A stretch of DNA of 64,000 nucleotides. It comes from Lama guanicoe (taxonomy: Eukaryota). Below, piece after piece: positions 51,120 to 64,000 of this stretch (its first letter is position 1; each line of letters begins with the position of its first letter). The position numbers and the translations under genes are program-made. The stretch spans positions 5,839,842-5,903,841 of the forward strand of contig MU053557.1 in assembly GCA_013239625.1 (NCBI GenBank), written 5' to 3'. The notes beneath the pieces are model-generated. The model was not told where the DNA came from, did not search any database, and saw nothing but the letters and a program-made list of their open reading frames with translations.

Positions 51120-51297
51120 TAGGGTTGCCAGACTTAGCAAGCAAAACCCAGAATATCTAGTTACATTTAAATTTCAGATAAACAGTGAACCCTAGTTTAG
51201 TATAAATATGTTCCAAACATACGTATACTAAACAGTGACTCGTTTATCTGAAAGTCAAATCTAGCAGGATGTCCTGTATTTTATCTGGCAACCACTA
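51120..51297. mobile_element. MER53-like palindromic hAT MITE
   Basis: TIRs TAGGGTTGCCAGA...TCTGGCAACC(A)CTA; internal inverted TTTCAGATAAAC/GTTTATCTGAAA; flanking direct repeat CCCTCTA at 51113-51119 and 51298-51304. Confidence 0.85.
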
Positions 51298-51589
51298 CCC
51301 TCTAGGCAAGCATGATTGTACCTCCTTTATAGAAGGAAATTGAGGTTTAGAGGAATCAAGCAACTTGCTTCTGGTCATGTAGCTGAAAAAATGGTGAAGC
51401 CACAAATCCAAAAAGAGTAGTACTGTTTTTCCAACTTCTGAAATGAAAAGGGTCTTATGGATCAATACATTTATTGTTACATCATTTTTGGAACAACTCA
51501 CAGCCACTCTGCCAATATTTTATGAATTTCAAGTGTTTTGGTACCACTTTCATAATTTTTCCCATATCCATAATTTTTGACGTTTGTCC

Positions 51590-53870
51590 CCTCATTTCTT
51601 AAAAGTCAGGTTTAAAGTATAATTTGCGTACAGTAAAATTTTACCCTTTTTAGTTGAACAGTTACAAATTTTTACATATATTTACCACAAGTATACAATA
51701 GTTCCATCATCCCGAAAATTTCCCTTGTGCTCAGTGAATCCACGATTCTCAACAGTTGGTCCACGGAAACCACTGATCTGTTTTGTCCCCATAGTTTTGC
51801 CATTTCCAGAATATCATAAATGGAATCTTATATAGCCTTTTGGATCTGATGTCTTTCTATTGGCATATATTTGAAATCCATCCATATTGTTACATGTATT
51901 AGTGATTTGTTCCTTTTTATTGTTGAAAAGTCGATTGTATGGCGGTACCAGGGGGTTAAAAAATTTGTCAGTTAATGGTTATTTAAATTGTTCCAGATTT
52001 CAATTAATATAAATATAGCTATTAAAAACATTCACGTACAGGTTGTTGTATAGACATAGGTTTTCATTTTCCGTGTGTAAATACCTAGGAGTGGGATTAC
52101 TTGATAAAATAGTAAGTATATTTTTCCCTGTATGAGAAGTGCTTGGATTAATCTGAGCGAGCTTCGGGCATCTGTGGTTTGTTGTCCTTCCTTGTGTTAT
52201 GAAAATTCTTAGGCATCATCTCTTTAAATATTTTTCTGCCCAGTTTCTTCTCCACCTGGGACTCCAATTACACATTGGACCATCTGATATCATCCCATAG
52301 ATCTTGAATACTCTTATTATTTTCTTTTGGGGGGGTTTCAGTTTGGGTAATTTCTACTGACCTGTTTCCAAGATTCTTGATTATTTCCTCAGGCATGACA
52401 AGGTCTTCTGATGAGCCCGTAAGAGTTATCTTTGATCCTGTGGTTTTTATTTCAATTTGTCTCTTTCTTATAATTTCTACCTCTCTGCCGAAGTCTATTC
52501 GTGCATATTATACATATTTTCAACTAGATCTTCAACGTGTTAATCAGTTTAAGTCCCTGTCCAATAGTTTCAACATCTGGGTCATGTCTGTATATGGTCT
52601 TGTTGATTATTTTGTCTATCACAAATGGGTTGATTTTTCTTACTTTGTGTATCTCGAACTTTTTATTGAATGCCAGTCACTACTTATAAAACAGTAGAGA
52701 CTGAAGTAAATAATATTAATGCTTGGAAACAGGCAAGCCTCTTCTTCTCTAAGGCCATTTGTGCGGAGTTTGGTCAATCTAGTCAAGAACTTAGCTAGGT
52801 TTGGGTTTTGTTGTTGCTATCATGGCCTTCAGTGTACCAAGAGATTTCATATCTGCTAGTGTTATTTCGTGCTTTAGGTTGGGGCTGAAGAAGTGTTCTC
52901 AAGTGTTCGTACTTTGTCCTTAGCTTTCAGCTGTCCTGCACAACGGCACCATAGTGGTGGTCCCTACCCCCTTGCCCACACCCCTAGCAGCTGATGTTTG
53001 TTACCAGCTACTTGTTCCATTGGTAGTGGGCGAGGAGTCAGTGTTTCTTTGTTCTAATTCAGCCTCTGTCTTTAGTTATGTCCTTTATGCCCAGGCCCTG
53101 GGAATGGGTCTTTTCTCAGCATTCTTGCCCCTCCTGTCTGTGGCAGCGAAACCATGACTTGTGTCAGTGGCTGGTCTTGTGGGGGATTTTCCTGCCCCTC
53201 TTGCAGTGGCAGGAGGACTTTAATGGTATTAATATAAAATCCTGGGGCTCAGGACTGAATCCTGTCCCTCCCAAGTGTTGAGGTTTTTTTCTTACCATGC
53301 CCCGGCAGCAGTGGGGCTTTATCTGTGCGCTGGGGAGACAGATTTTTCTGCTTCTCCCCCAGCGGTTTAGGCCATTTTGGTCCTAATGAGGGAAGGGCCT
53401 ACGCAGGGGCAGCCAAGATTTCGTGCCTTTCCTATGCCTCCTTTCCTTTGCACGCCTCCAAACCTAGGGAGGCTCTGTAAGGCTCCAGCACTCCCACACC
53501 TGGTGGTTTTGGAAAGAGATTGTGAGTGCAGGCGAGGTCCCTTGGTGTCACAGGTGCCCGGGGGTTTTATACTGTCCTGCTAGCCCCAGTTTGGCCTTTA
53601 GCAATTCTTTAACATTTTAGTTGATGTCCTCTTACCTGCTTGCATGGTGGTCAGCACTTCTTCCTCCCATGCTCTGCTGCAGGTGAGCCAGTCTGCATCC
53701 ACTCTCTCCTTGGAGGGATTTGTCCTTCCTTGACATTCAGGCTATTTGACTGCCCTGCCACATCACCTTTCTTATAGATCCAATAAAATGTCAGATTTTG
53801 TAACCTATCCAATTTTTTTGTTTGAGTTGGGGTGACTTTCTTTTCAGATATCTACATCACAGGCACAAGT
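51590..53870 (-). mobile_element. Antisense old L1 fragments
   Basis: T-rich + strand with L1M signatures (gtgtgtaaatacctaggagtgggatt; gggactccaattacac); boundaries approximate. Confidence 0.65.
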
Positions 53871-54309
53871 GGAACTCCTGAGTCTCCCCATTTTACTTAA
53901 ATATGTTTTTAAGAGGAACATTTTTGATCACTTCTGTAAATGGAAAACTAGTGTCACACATGTAGATGTAGCCTTAAGAACAAGTACGATGAAAATGAAA
54001 CAATTTTTTTAGTAAATAGAACTGTTGTCTGTCAAGGGCTCTGAGCCAGAAGCCTTTTTTTTTTTCTTGTAAAAAAGCATACATAAGAGAACTGATACTT
54101 CATCCCTGATTTAACCAGAAGGATGGAGGAGAAGAGGTGGCCAGGGCACAGGGCGTGCAAATGAAACAACTGTCTCACTCTTTGGTTCCATATTATTTAA
54201 TGTTACTTTCACTTAATACTTAGTCATCGTCTTACAGGTGGCTTGTATTGTGAACTATATTTCACTATAGATGTCCCTGACCACCAGGAAATGGAGATGA
54301 AGTTAATTA

Positions 54310-54539
54310 CAGTTGACCCGTGAACAACACAGGTTTGAACCGCATGGATCCACTTAACACACACATTTTCCCCCGACTAAATACATACAAGTACTACACA
54401 ATCTATAGTGGTTGAATCCACAGATACGGAACTTCAGATATGGAACTTCAGATACAGAGGGCCAATGGCAGAGTTATACAGATTTTTGACTGTCCCAGCA
54501 CTAGGGCCCCTAACCCCCACATTGTTCAAGGATCAACTA
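54310..54539. mobile_element. Tigger2-derived MITE (MER8-like)
   Basis: TA-preceded CAGTTGACCCGTGAACAA...TTGTTCAAGGATCAACT inverted termini; about 230 bp. Confidence 0.8.
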
Positions 54540-54939
54540 CATTGCAGCTGAACAGGTAACTTAGCTGAGTTTGAGTTTACTCCAGGCTACCCTTTGAATG
54601 GAATATAGGAGAAAAAGATGACAAAGGGTCCTGGATTTGGCTCTGCGGGAGTCTGCAATCCAGTAAAGGAGCTAAACCCAAACATACAAAACCCAATACT
54701 AGGAAGAGGTAAATGCCCTGGAGAGGTAAGCACTACAGATTAAGATTACATCTCGATAGGACTAAGGGAGAGGTGGGACAGAGAAGGAAGAGTATCCCAG
54801 GTGGAGGTAAGACCAGAACAAGAAAGCTCAAGGCAGGTAAGACGTTTGGTGTATGACAAAAAGAGGCATGTGGATATATTTTTTTTAAAGGTAAGGGATC
54901 AATAGTTATATAAATAAGGGAAAGGATGATGATATTACT

Positions 54940-56700
54940 TTATTTATGTAACAAATATTGGTTGCCTGCTATTTTCCAGGCATTGCTCTAGGCTCTGCAG
55001 ATACATCAATTAAAAAAAGATAAAAATCCCTATTCTATGAAGCTTAAGTTCTAGTAAGGTGAATCCAAAAGCAAAGTATGTAATGCTGGATGATTAATGC
55101 TACGGGGAAAAAAAGACACAAAGAAGGGGGATATGTGTTTCGGGGAAGGCAGTTTATGTTATTAAATAAGGAGGTCAGGGAAAACCTAAGTAGGAAACAT
55201 GTGAGTAAAGACCTGACTGGCAGGGGTCTCAATTATATAGGTATCTGGGAGAAGGGCTTTCCAGGCAGAGGAAACAGCCAGTGCAAAGACCCCGAGAGGC
55301 CACCTCCTGGGGTGACTTCAGCTGTCAGAGGTCTGTGTGGCTGAGATGGAGTGAGCACTGGGAAGCAGTAGATGAATCTGGGGAGGCAGGGGTGGGCAGT
55401 GAGTTTCAGGTCATGTAGGACCTCCTCAGCTATTGTAGGGACTCTGTGTTTTGCTCTTGAGCAAACTAAGAAGCCTGAGAATTTTGTTTTTTCAAGATAA
55501 CAACAAGTATTTATTATCTCATGTAGTTTCTGAGTCAGGAATTTGGGAGCAGTTTAGCTGAGTGGTTCTGGACCTCTTCATAGAGCTGGCTGAATGTCTT
55601 CATGACATGACAGCTGGCTTCTCTCAGAGCCAGAAACCCAAGAGAAGTGGAAGACACAGTGTCTTAAGAAGCCTAAGGATTTTAAGCAGAGAAATGACTT
55701 AATCACTCTGGTTACAACGTTGAAAAGTGACAACAGTGGGGCAAGGACCAGAGTGGCTTCAAGACCAGTTTAGATGCTACTGTAAAGCATTATCTAGCGC
55801 TCCATGTAGATGACGATGATTTGGCCCAGGACAGTAATGCTGGAGAGGCTGTGAAGTGGTCACAGTTTGAAAACAGAGTTAAAAGTGTTTGCTGACATTG
55901 GCTGTGGCATGTTAGAGTCAAGGGTGATGCCAAGGTTTTTGTTGTGAGCAGTTGACGGGATACAACTGCCATCTAGTTAGGGACGAATGCTAGAGAGGCA
56001 GAGGTGGTAACAGAAAATCCAGGCTGTGGTCTTCTTAGACTTTCAGAGACAGGAGTTGGTATGTAAATTTGGGAAATGGCCTAAAAACTGGGTGAGATCA
56101 CTAAGAGTGAGTGTAGAGAGAAAAGCACTGTAAGAAATGAGACCTGGTACACCCCAAGGCTGGGAAGATGGGAAAGAACTAGCAAAGGATACAAAAGAAA
56201 AGCTGCTAGTAAGGCAGAAGGAAAACCAGGAGAGTTGTGTTTTAGAAACCAAGTCACTCTTTCATGCAGGGAGACTTCAGCTGTCAGATGCTACTCAAAG
56301 ACTAAACAGATAAGGACTGAGAACTGACCATTATATTTAATGGTGTAGATCGTTGGGGACCTTGACAAGAACAGCTTGGTGACATGGTGGGGGTGGCAGC
56401 CTCAGTGGAATGGGTTTAGGTGAGAATGGGAGGAGGAACTGGAAGGCAGAGTTAAGAGTTTTGCTGTAAAGGGAATAGAAGAATGGGGTGGTGGATGAAG
56501 AGGGGTGTAAGGTCAACTTGTTTTTTTTAAGGTAAGAGAAACGCTGATGGAAATGATGGAGGAGAGGGAGGGGGAGAAATGGCTGAAGCGATGTCCTTGA
56601 ATAGCTAAGAGTATGAAATTGAGTGCAGTAAGTGGTGGGGCTGGCTTTAGACAGAAGAACATGAACAATTCATCTACATAAAAGGAGGGAAAAGTTGAGC
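54940..56700. mobile_element. L2 LINE relic interrupted by an MLT1-derived insert
   Basis: ccaggcagaggaaacagccagtgcaaagacc, gagtcaagggtgatgccaaggtttt and aggactgagaactgaccatt are L2 motifs. Confidence 0.7.
55486..55664 (-). mobile_element. MLT1F-like LTR fragment with poly(A) and TSD
   Basis: acaacaagtatttattatctca...gtcaggaatttgggagcagtttagctgagtggttctgg resembles the antisense MLT1F; flanked by a 19-bp near-identical direct repeat. Confidence 0.7.
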
Positions 56701-57031
56701 GCAGACGGAAGTGGATGAGTGGCTACTTATGAGGGTTGGGCCATTTTGTACATTTAAAAGGCAATGACCCAGGATCAAAGCTGATAGAGGCCTAACAACA
56801 TAACATTTACATAATTGTTCTGAGAATATGTCCATGAGGAGCGCAAGCAACATCTATCTACATAATGTTACGGTGAAGTCACTTGATGAGGTTTCAGCTT
56901 AGTTCATTTGGAGAAATGGAAGGAGGGAGCATGCCCCACTGACTCTCAAGCTAACTGCTGAGTCCACCCGTCATGCTATTCCAATCAGTCTCCATGAAAC
57001 CAAACAGAAAACAGACTCAAGCTTTGTCTGC

Positions 57032-57037
57032 TTTATT
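57032..57037 (-). terminator. DCTN4: Probable DCTN4 polyadenylation signal
   Basis: AATAAA on the - strand about 2.4 kb past the stop, followed by GT/T-rich sequence, near the end of a repeat-free AT-rich UTR-like segment. Confidence 0.65.
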
Positions 57038-59404
57038 TCACTACATTAAGTTAAGCAGTAAGGCAAAACAGTAACCTGTCATTCATAAAGATCAAGGAGT
57101 GTCTCTCATTCCCAAAAGGGACCAAAAAGGATGCTTCTTCACAAATATGCATGACATTTAGCTCATTACGCCTATAAGCACTTTGAACAAAAGAAAACTG
57201 TGGTGGGCTAATCAAATCACAAATTCAAATTCACTTAGCCTTAAATTCCCCAAATTGTAGTTTCTAGTGCTAATGACATCTAATTCACCTGCAGTGGCAC
57301 ACACTGACTACGCTTTAAAAATCTTGCACCTGATCTAATATAAAAAAGGAACAAATAAAATTCCAAATTTGCCAGCTGCAGATTATTGAACCATTTCTAC
57401 TAACACACAGAATTAGCAGCTTGCACTGAAAACTATCTCGAGGAAACATTAAATAATGGCTCTGTTATTCTACAAGTCAATTTGGCTTCTGAGGGAAAAA
57501 AATGTCTATGATCAAAAGTGTTTTTGTGTTTCTGTGTCACATGGGAGTGATGAGACCCATTACTTCAACACTACTTCTGGGAACAAATACCAGCTATCCA
57601 CCATGAATGCACAACTATGTGTAGTCTACGCAAGCGTGTAAACATAGGAAGCTGTTCTCCACCTGGATGCCCATCTCCTCCGCTGGCAGATATGGAGCAT
57701 TGGCGTCACAGAAGGCACTAGCATGTAGTGAAACACAAACTAATTTGACACTTTGTGGGGTCACAAAAAGTGTGCAAATTTGTCATTACACAACCCCTGC
57801 CCCAACTCCTAAGATGCTAAGCCTTATTACTGTCTTAATATTAGAGATACGAGTAGTTTTTTTCTTACACTGCAGTATATATATTACTCTGTGGGATATT
57901 GTTTCATAATATTGGCTTGATCGTAAGAGTACTAGTTAGTGTCTTTCAAAGGCTTCCTTAATACTTTTATCTTCCAAGGGGAGCTGATGAGTTACTATGT
58001 CCTGTCTGTATTCTAGATTACTATATATATATCTTGTAATTTTTTTTAAACTAAAGGCTTTAACTTAAAAACAAAACCACGGTAAACAGGAAATTTCTCT
58101 TTTCCCCCAAAGTCTGTTGGCCACTTGCTAACAATACATTAACAGAAAACGTGGTGCAGCTGGTGGTCTACTTTGTCAAGTCTCATTTCACAAAACATCA
58201 CAGAAATTAAGGTTAGCAACCCAACTCCAGGAAACCCAGTGAAAACAGCATGTGTGCTGTTAGGCAAGTATTCTGGGCTACTTGCTGAACTACTTGACGG
58301 TTTCCGGTCAAAATGGTCTTATTTGACACACTGTACGATAAAAGTCTCAAACGTGGGCAGGTTCTTTTTCTTAATATCCAGTTTTGGATCAAGAGATTAT
58401 TAATTTCCCCTTCAAATCAACGGAAAGAACATTAGTTCAGATCATGCTAAACATCTAACCTTCAAAATGTTTTCTGCATTCCAAAAGTGAACTTATCCAC
58501 CAAGTTTTCTTTGGGCTCTGTCCAGATCCCAAATACTCAGAACAACTTATTTGAATTAGAGGCAGAACAGAGGAGAAAGGGCAGGGAGAAAGACAAAGAC
58601 TGCCCCCCTGTGGCAGCATCAACCCCTGGACATTCTGCCAACAGTTAAAATGAATGGAGTTTGCCCACCATGACATGTAATTGTTTGCTTCTCAAATTCT
58701 CCCCTAAAAAAAAAGTCCATATTCTACTGGGAAAAAAATTTTAAGGGCAAGTTAATAAATAAGTATCCTATATTTACTTAAAAGAGGGCAAATGAGGGTG
58801 CTTTAACCATGTCACAGGTTTTTCCAATCATCACAAAACGAAAGACAATGTGACAATTCTATTTTCCCATCAAATGGAACTCTATGGCAAGATGGGAGCC
58901 AGGACGGCAAGTGAAGGGATATATTTAGAGAGCTAGATTAAATCTAATGGAATACAAAAAAGCAGTTGGTGCGCTGAGACCAATGCTGGGTCGTCAACAG
59001 CAGGTCTACCTTTCGGTTATTTTAAGTTTCATCTGTGAGATTGGGATCCCTCATGAGACCAGATCGGGAGATAGTATGGTCAGTTTCTCAAGTGGTCAAT
59101 TTAATGCCACCGCAAGGAACAGCCACTTGCTTTCTTGGGTTGGAACTATGCTGTTGTTAGTTAACGTGCAGGGTTCAGTGAGGAAGACACAGACTCACAG
59201 GTGTTAACAGAAGAGAGAGCCAGAGGAACAGCAGTCACCCTGTGTTCCTAATGCCATGTCTAGGCCCCCACCCTCCTAGGAACAGGATTCAGTAGTGCAT
59301 GGATACATCATTATAAACAAGGCCCAATGAAGCAGCGGCTTCCATATCTTAATGCGGGTTCGTGGTGATACTTTCCTTTGGGATCTGCCCCCCAGGGGAA
59401 CATT

Positions 59405-59618
59405 TTAAGGAAGAAGCGGACCCAGGCTGAGTTCCACATGCTGGGTGAGCCAGATGACTTCTGTGCCCTGGTCACTTTCCTCGATGGGACGGATGGGGGC
59501 TGCCAGGTTTTTAAAATCGTGCTTCATCTTAAAGCACACGGTCACTTCGCCCTCTTCACGTTGTGGGGTCACCTTGATGAAAATACCCACTTTGTTGGCC
59601 TTTCTGAAGGCTATAATG
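59405..59618 (-). CDS. DCTN4: Dynactin subunit 4 (p62) last coding exon
   Basis: (D)[70 protein letters not shown]; acceptor cttccgtAG. Confidence 0.95.
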
Positions 59619-61080
59619 CTACGGAAGGAAAGAAGCACAGTATTAGGCAGGTCACGAGTCAGCAAAGCCAGTTAGACTCACAGTCATTTTATGGCCCAAC
59701 AGGAAATTTCTGATGACAAGATATGATCACCATCCCCTTTATGGACAATGAAGAGTTTCTTCAGCAAAATGTTGATCTCATTTGTTTTCAATATTACAGA
59801 AAATATAGTCATAAAAACTTAAATGGGAAAAAGTAAGTCTTTCCTCTCCTTTCCCTCCTCAGCACACAAAGAAAAACTGTAAACAGTCTGGCTCTCAACC
59901 TACCAGATATTTTTCTGTGAGCTTACACTTTTCTGCTTTTTTAACCAACACAAAAGGGACACACTGTTCTGTAATTTGCTTTTTTTTCCACTCCGTTTAT
60001 CAAAAACACCTGTCCATGTTGGTAAATATCTTCTCTTTTCTGCTTAATGGGTGCACAGCATTCTACTGTTTACCATAACTGGTATACACCAAGGCTGTTG
60101 CCAGTTTTCCTGTCATAAGCATCCTTTCACATTAACCTTTACATACATGTGGTAATATTTCTATAGGATATAGACGAATCCTAACTCGGAGCTTTAAAGG
60201 AATTTCTGGAATAACAACAATCAGTGTATTTTGTAAAATAACTTCTGTAAATTAGGAATTTTTAGAACAGGAAAAAAAAAAATCTCTTTAGCTGAAGTTT
60301 CCATTTCAGTTTTCTCTGATATGCACTTGAAGTTTGTGTTTTGAAAACTTAGCTTCAAAAAGTAAAAAGGAAATGAAACAAACAGAACTTGATCTACTAG
60401 CCAAATGATACTCAATTACTCTAAGAAAAATTACTGAAATTAAATATTTACATATTACCTAGTATTCTGTACTATTAATTTCCAGATATCTGGAAGTCCT
60501 ATAAAGTATAATAATGTGAAATATAATTAATTCAGCCTTTCATTTATCTGTCACGTAATCTGACTGGAATTTCTTATCTTGTATCTTTCCAGACGTTTAC
60601 CTTGACCTTACAAATTTCTGTTCTTAATTAATGTAATTTAATTCAGGACCCACAAAAGCAAGGAATGCATTTTGTACTACAGTAACTCAATGCATTTTTG
60701 TAGTCACTAACCAAACCTTCGACTTATATCAGATTCATTTTTTAAAAATTCAGTTAAAAATAGTAAAAGAAAAAGGTTTTCTACCCTTAACTTCCCAGGT
60801 AACCACTGATATCTGGGAAGCTTTTTTTTTTCAATTCAGATTCCTGGTGCCTACCTAGACCTGCTAAAGAGAAGCTCTGGGGTCTGGCACTCTATAGAAT
60901 TTAAAAAAAATTTAAAACAAAATACTCACTCTGGGGCCTACGTTAACCCAAGTTTGGTAATCACTGTACTAATCTCACTTTGTTTTTCTAACTCATCACA
61001 TGTTATTTCCTCTTTCCAATACTGTGCTGAGGGAGCTTTTGATCATTCTGTTAAAAAACCTTAAATATTCCTTATGCCAG

Positions 61081-61670
61081 TGTATTAAATGCTACTGCTT
61101 TTCAGCTCCAAGTCCACCTTCTATGTCTTGCTTTGTGACACAGGGTTCTGCTAAGCACATTTCTGCTTGGTAGGCTGGCTTGCTGTCAGCCTCCCTTCAG
61201 GGGCTCTAAAGGAGACCAGAAGCCTGAGGGAGGAAGGGGCTTGCTCGTCCCTGTGGGCTTGCTGTCTGGGTGTGGTCCATGTGGGCAGCACTCCAGCAGG
61301 GCTTCTTCACTCAGGAAGTGGCAGTAGCCAGGTGCAGTTTTCCAACTGCATAGCCAGCTTCAGCATGCCCCATCTCTGCCACCCTGAGTGCCAGCACCAG
61401 ACATGCAGTGTCCCCTCCCCCATTTCCCAGAGGTCTGAGTTTCAGCTCGATGGGGCTTCTCCTTCAGGCTTCTAAATTTTAATCATTTTAGCCATTTCCC
61501 TTTGTTTCCTCAGCCCTATGAAGTAACTGCTTCATAAAATTGCCATCTCTGGGATTCTTCAGAATTGTTTTTAACCTCTGAAGTTACTTAGTTAACAAAT
61601 CTTTTATATTATATTCTCTGCTAAAATAACTGATGTGATTTCTGTTTTTAGACTAGAACCTGACTGATGT
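61081..61670 (+). mobile_element. ERVL solo LTR (LTR33-like)
   Basis: Begins TGTATT...ttcagctccaagtccaccttct; ends aaataactgatgtgatttctg...cctgactgatgta; about 590 bp. Confidence 0.6.
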
Positions 61671-61946
61671 ATTCCTCATCTGGGAAAGGCTTGGTTTTTA
61701 ACTTATTAGTTATGAGAGAGTAAAATCTATTAAATACTCTAAGGGGAAAAGGCAGGGGACAAATTCAATGATAAATCTTTTGGGATAGAATACTGTATTC
61801 TATCCACAACCATTAAAAATCATGCACTTGAAAATATTTTAACATGGGAAAGAAACACAGGTTAAAAAACTGTGCTTACAGAATGATCCCAAAGATGGAA
61901 ATGTGCTTATCTCTGGTGGTGGGATTTTATTTTCTTCTTCAAGGTT

Positions 61947-61947
<1 letters not shown>

Positions 61948-61985
<38 letters not shown>
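61948..61985. repeat. Compound (TA)6(CA)13 microsatellite
   Basis: Read directly from the sequence. Confidence 0.9.
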
Positions 61986-62147
61986 TATCCAATTTCTATA
62001 GTAATTATTTTTATAAATAGGAAGAAAAAAGTTATTCTAAAAAATTCAGGTAAGAAAACAGATCTATGAGTGGGCCTCTTGTATCAGCCAGCTGTGGTGT
62101 GTGGTGTGTGTGTGGGGGTGGGGGTGTGTCACAAAATGATCACTCAC

Positions 62148-62245
62148 TCAGGATCGTCCTGAAAGTCCTGGGGTTCTGCCAACTCATCATACTCTGCTGC
62201 TGCGTCCTTGCCGGCTAAAACAAGCTCTTTGGGGGGCACCACCAC
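62148..62245 (-). CDS. DCTN4: DCTN4 penultimate coding exon (upstream exons lie beyond the window)
   Basis: [32 protein letters not shown](D); ccAG/GTGAGT boundaries; phase 2 matches the last exon. Confidence 0.95.
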
Positions 62246-63559
62246 CTGGAGAGCAACACAGAGAGGCCTGCCTCAGAAGGGATCGCTGTATCGTAAAACA
62301 GTCATTCAACGGAATACAGCCAAGTATTGCACCGACCTAGACATACAGAAGTAAAGCAGCAAGTTTCGAGAAACACAACTTTCTTTTACTTATAAAAAGC
62401 TTAAAAACATGTTGTATAGGAATACAGACATTTCTAGTAAAAGAACAAGAACAAAGTAGTTTCAGGGAATGATAAAGTCAAATGAGTGCTTACTTCTTGG
62501 GGGCTGCAAGGGGGAATTCAGGTGGGGAGGACATGGGGGCTTCAACTGTGTCTTTAATGTTTTATTACTTAAGGGGGTGGGAGTACATGGGTGTTTGCTA
62601 CATCACTGTTTATATTTTGTGGTACATCTGAAATAGTTCCTCATTTTCTTTTTAAAAGGGAAAAACATGAAGGAGAAAGTGGCTCCAACATATTTTCTGA
62701 AGCTGGGGATACTGGGTATGTTTACTGCCATGGGAAACAAGCATTCTTCAGACTTATCCTTATGTTGTAACCAGGCTTCAACTTTGCTGTGTTAGAGGTT
62801 AATAGATAACATCATGAATCGCATTTCTAATTACATCTAATTTCATATCTAATTTATATCTAATTTCAGATATAAAGGTGGCTGGGGAGCTGTAAAGAGA
62901 GAAACAGCAAATCCGTAAGTTGGGTATACTCATTAAACACTTACTTCTGTCTCTATCCTCACTGGCACAGGTCATTAGTGTTATTTAAAAAAGGAGCAAG
63001 GACAGATGAGTGTCATCTCTCTTGGGAAGTGATGCTAGTAAGTGAAATCATTAAAAAGCATAAGGGAAAAAAGAGATAAATTCTCTACTAAGGACTACTT
63101 GAATAACAGCTATTTAAAGATACAGGTATCCTTTCTACCATTTTTGTTATGAGTATTATGTTGAGTAAGCAGTAGATGGTCTATAGAGAAAAGTTCTTGA
63201 TCTATAATTTCAAGTACTAAATGAATCATGAAGTAGCAAAATGGAGAAAGGCCACATCTCATTCATTCCACTAACACTGAGAGTCAAAGTCACCTATTCT
63301 AACATGTAGTTAGTGCTATGTATATTCTATGTAAGCAGAGGGCGTTTAGTAAAGGCACGCTAACTTTAAAAAGGAAACGACACTTCCTTTGAGTCTTGAA
63401 TAATGAGTATGCACAGACAGAAAGAGAGGTGTGGGTACGTACGTCAGGGCAGTCGGGGTAGGAAGGAGGAATTCTAAATAAAACGAATGGAAAATGCATT
63501 TCTCCAGCATGAAAGTTTATGACCCACTGGATCTGCTTGGATCTCAACCATTAGTATGT

Positions 63560-64000
63560 ACAACGTGGAGAATGCTAGATATGGGGGTCTCAGGGAAGAT
63601 AATCTCGGAAGAAAAGAGAGGTGAGGACAGTAAGGGGCTCTTCAGCTGTGCCAAAGAATTTAGACTTCATCCCAAAGTCAGAGGGACACCAAACAAGCAG
63701 CATGCCATCATCAAAGTTAGATTTTAGAAAGATCATCCTAAGGGCAAGACAGAAGATGGGCTGCAATGCAAAAGGCGGGGGGCACTAAAAACAGTCAGTC
63801 AGAAAGTTACTGTCACCTTCCAGGTAAGAAATGACGAGACCTTCAAAAAGGGCAGTGGCAATGTGTTTGCAGACAAAGTAAAAAACTTAAGAGGTGAAAT
63901 CAAAAGAACTTGATGAGTGCCTGGATGTGAAAGTGAGACAGTGTGAAGTCCTTTAAGCCAGGCCAAATGAGGCCACCCCAGGAAAAGTCAGGGTCTGTGG
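63560..64000. mobile_element. L2 fragment
   Basis: ttttagaaagatcatcct...ccaggtaagaaatgacgagacct...aagaacttgatgagtgcctggatgtg. Confidence 0.6.

Noticed and set aside
1..64000. tRNA, rRNA, snoRNA, CRISPR or prokaryote-type systems
   Set aside because: None recognised; the window is explained by four vertebrate genes and interspersed repeats.

Overview
This is mammalian genomic DNA from the conserved SYNPO-MYOZ3-RBM22-DCTN4 block. On the + strand are synaptopodin (SYNPO) and myozenin-3 (MYOZ3). SYNPO has a probable non-coding first exon near 550-717, a 2.4-kb coding exon and an alternative terminal exon. MYOZ3 has 6 coding exons giving 245 aa. On the - strand are the complete RBM22 spliceosomal gene (11 exons, 420 aa, one GC-AG intron) and the last two coding exons plus 3' UTR of DCTN4 (dynactin p62). 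Introns and intergenic DNA hold MIR, L2, old L1, MaLR/ERVL LTR and DNA-transposon relics, plus one younger 5'-truncated L1. That L1's 3' UTR, and the apparent absence of Alu, Bov-tA, PRE1 or Can-SINE, suggest a camelid (inference). Exon boundaries were read from splice sites, and phases sum to intact frames. Gene and repeat identities are from recalled sequences, not a database search. I found no convincing undescribed biological system. The most interesting items are linear motifs shared by SYNPO and MYOZ3, the GC donor splitting the RBM22 CCCH finger, an LTR fragment with L1-retroposition hallmarks, a same-orientation CCAAT cluster in the SYNPO intron, and a MER53 hairpin next to the RBM22 promoter.
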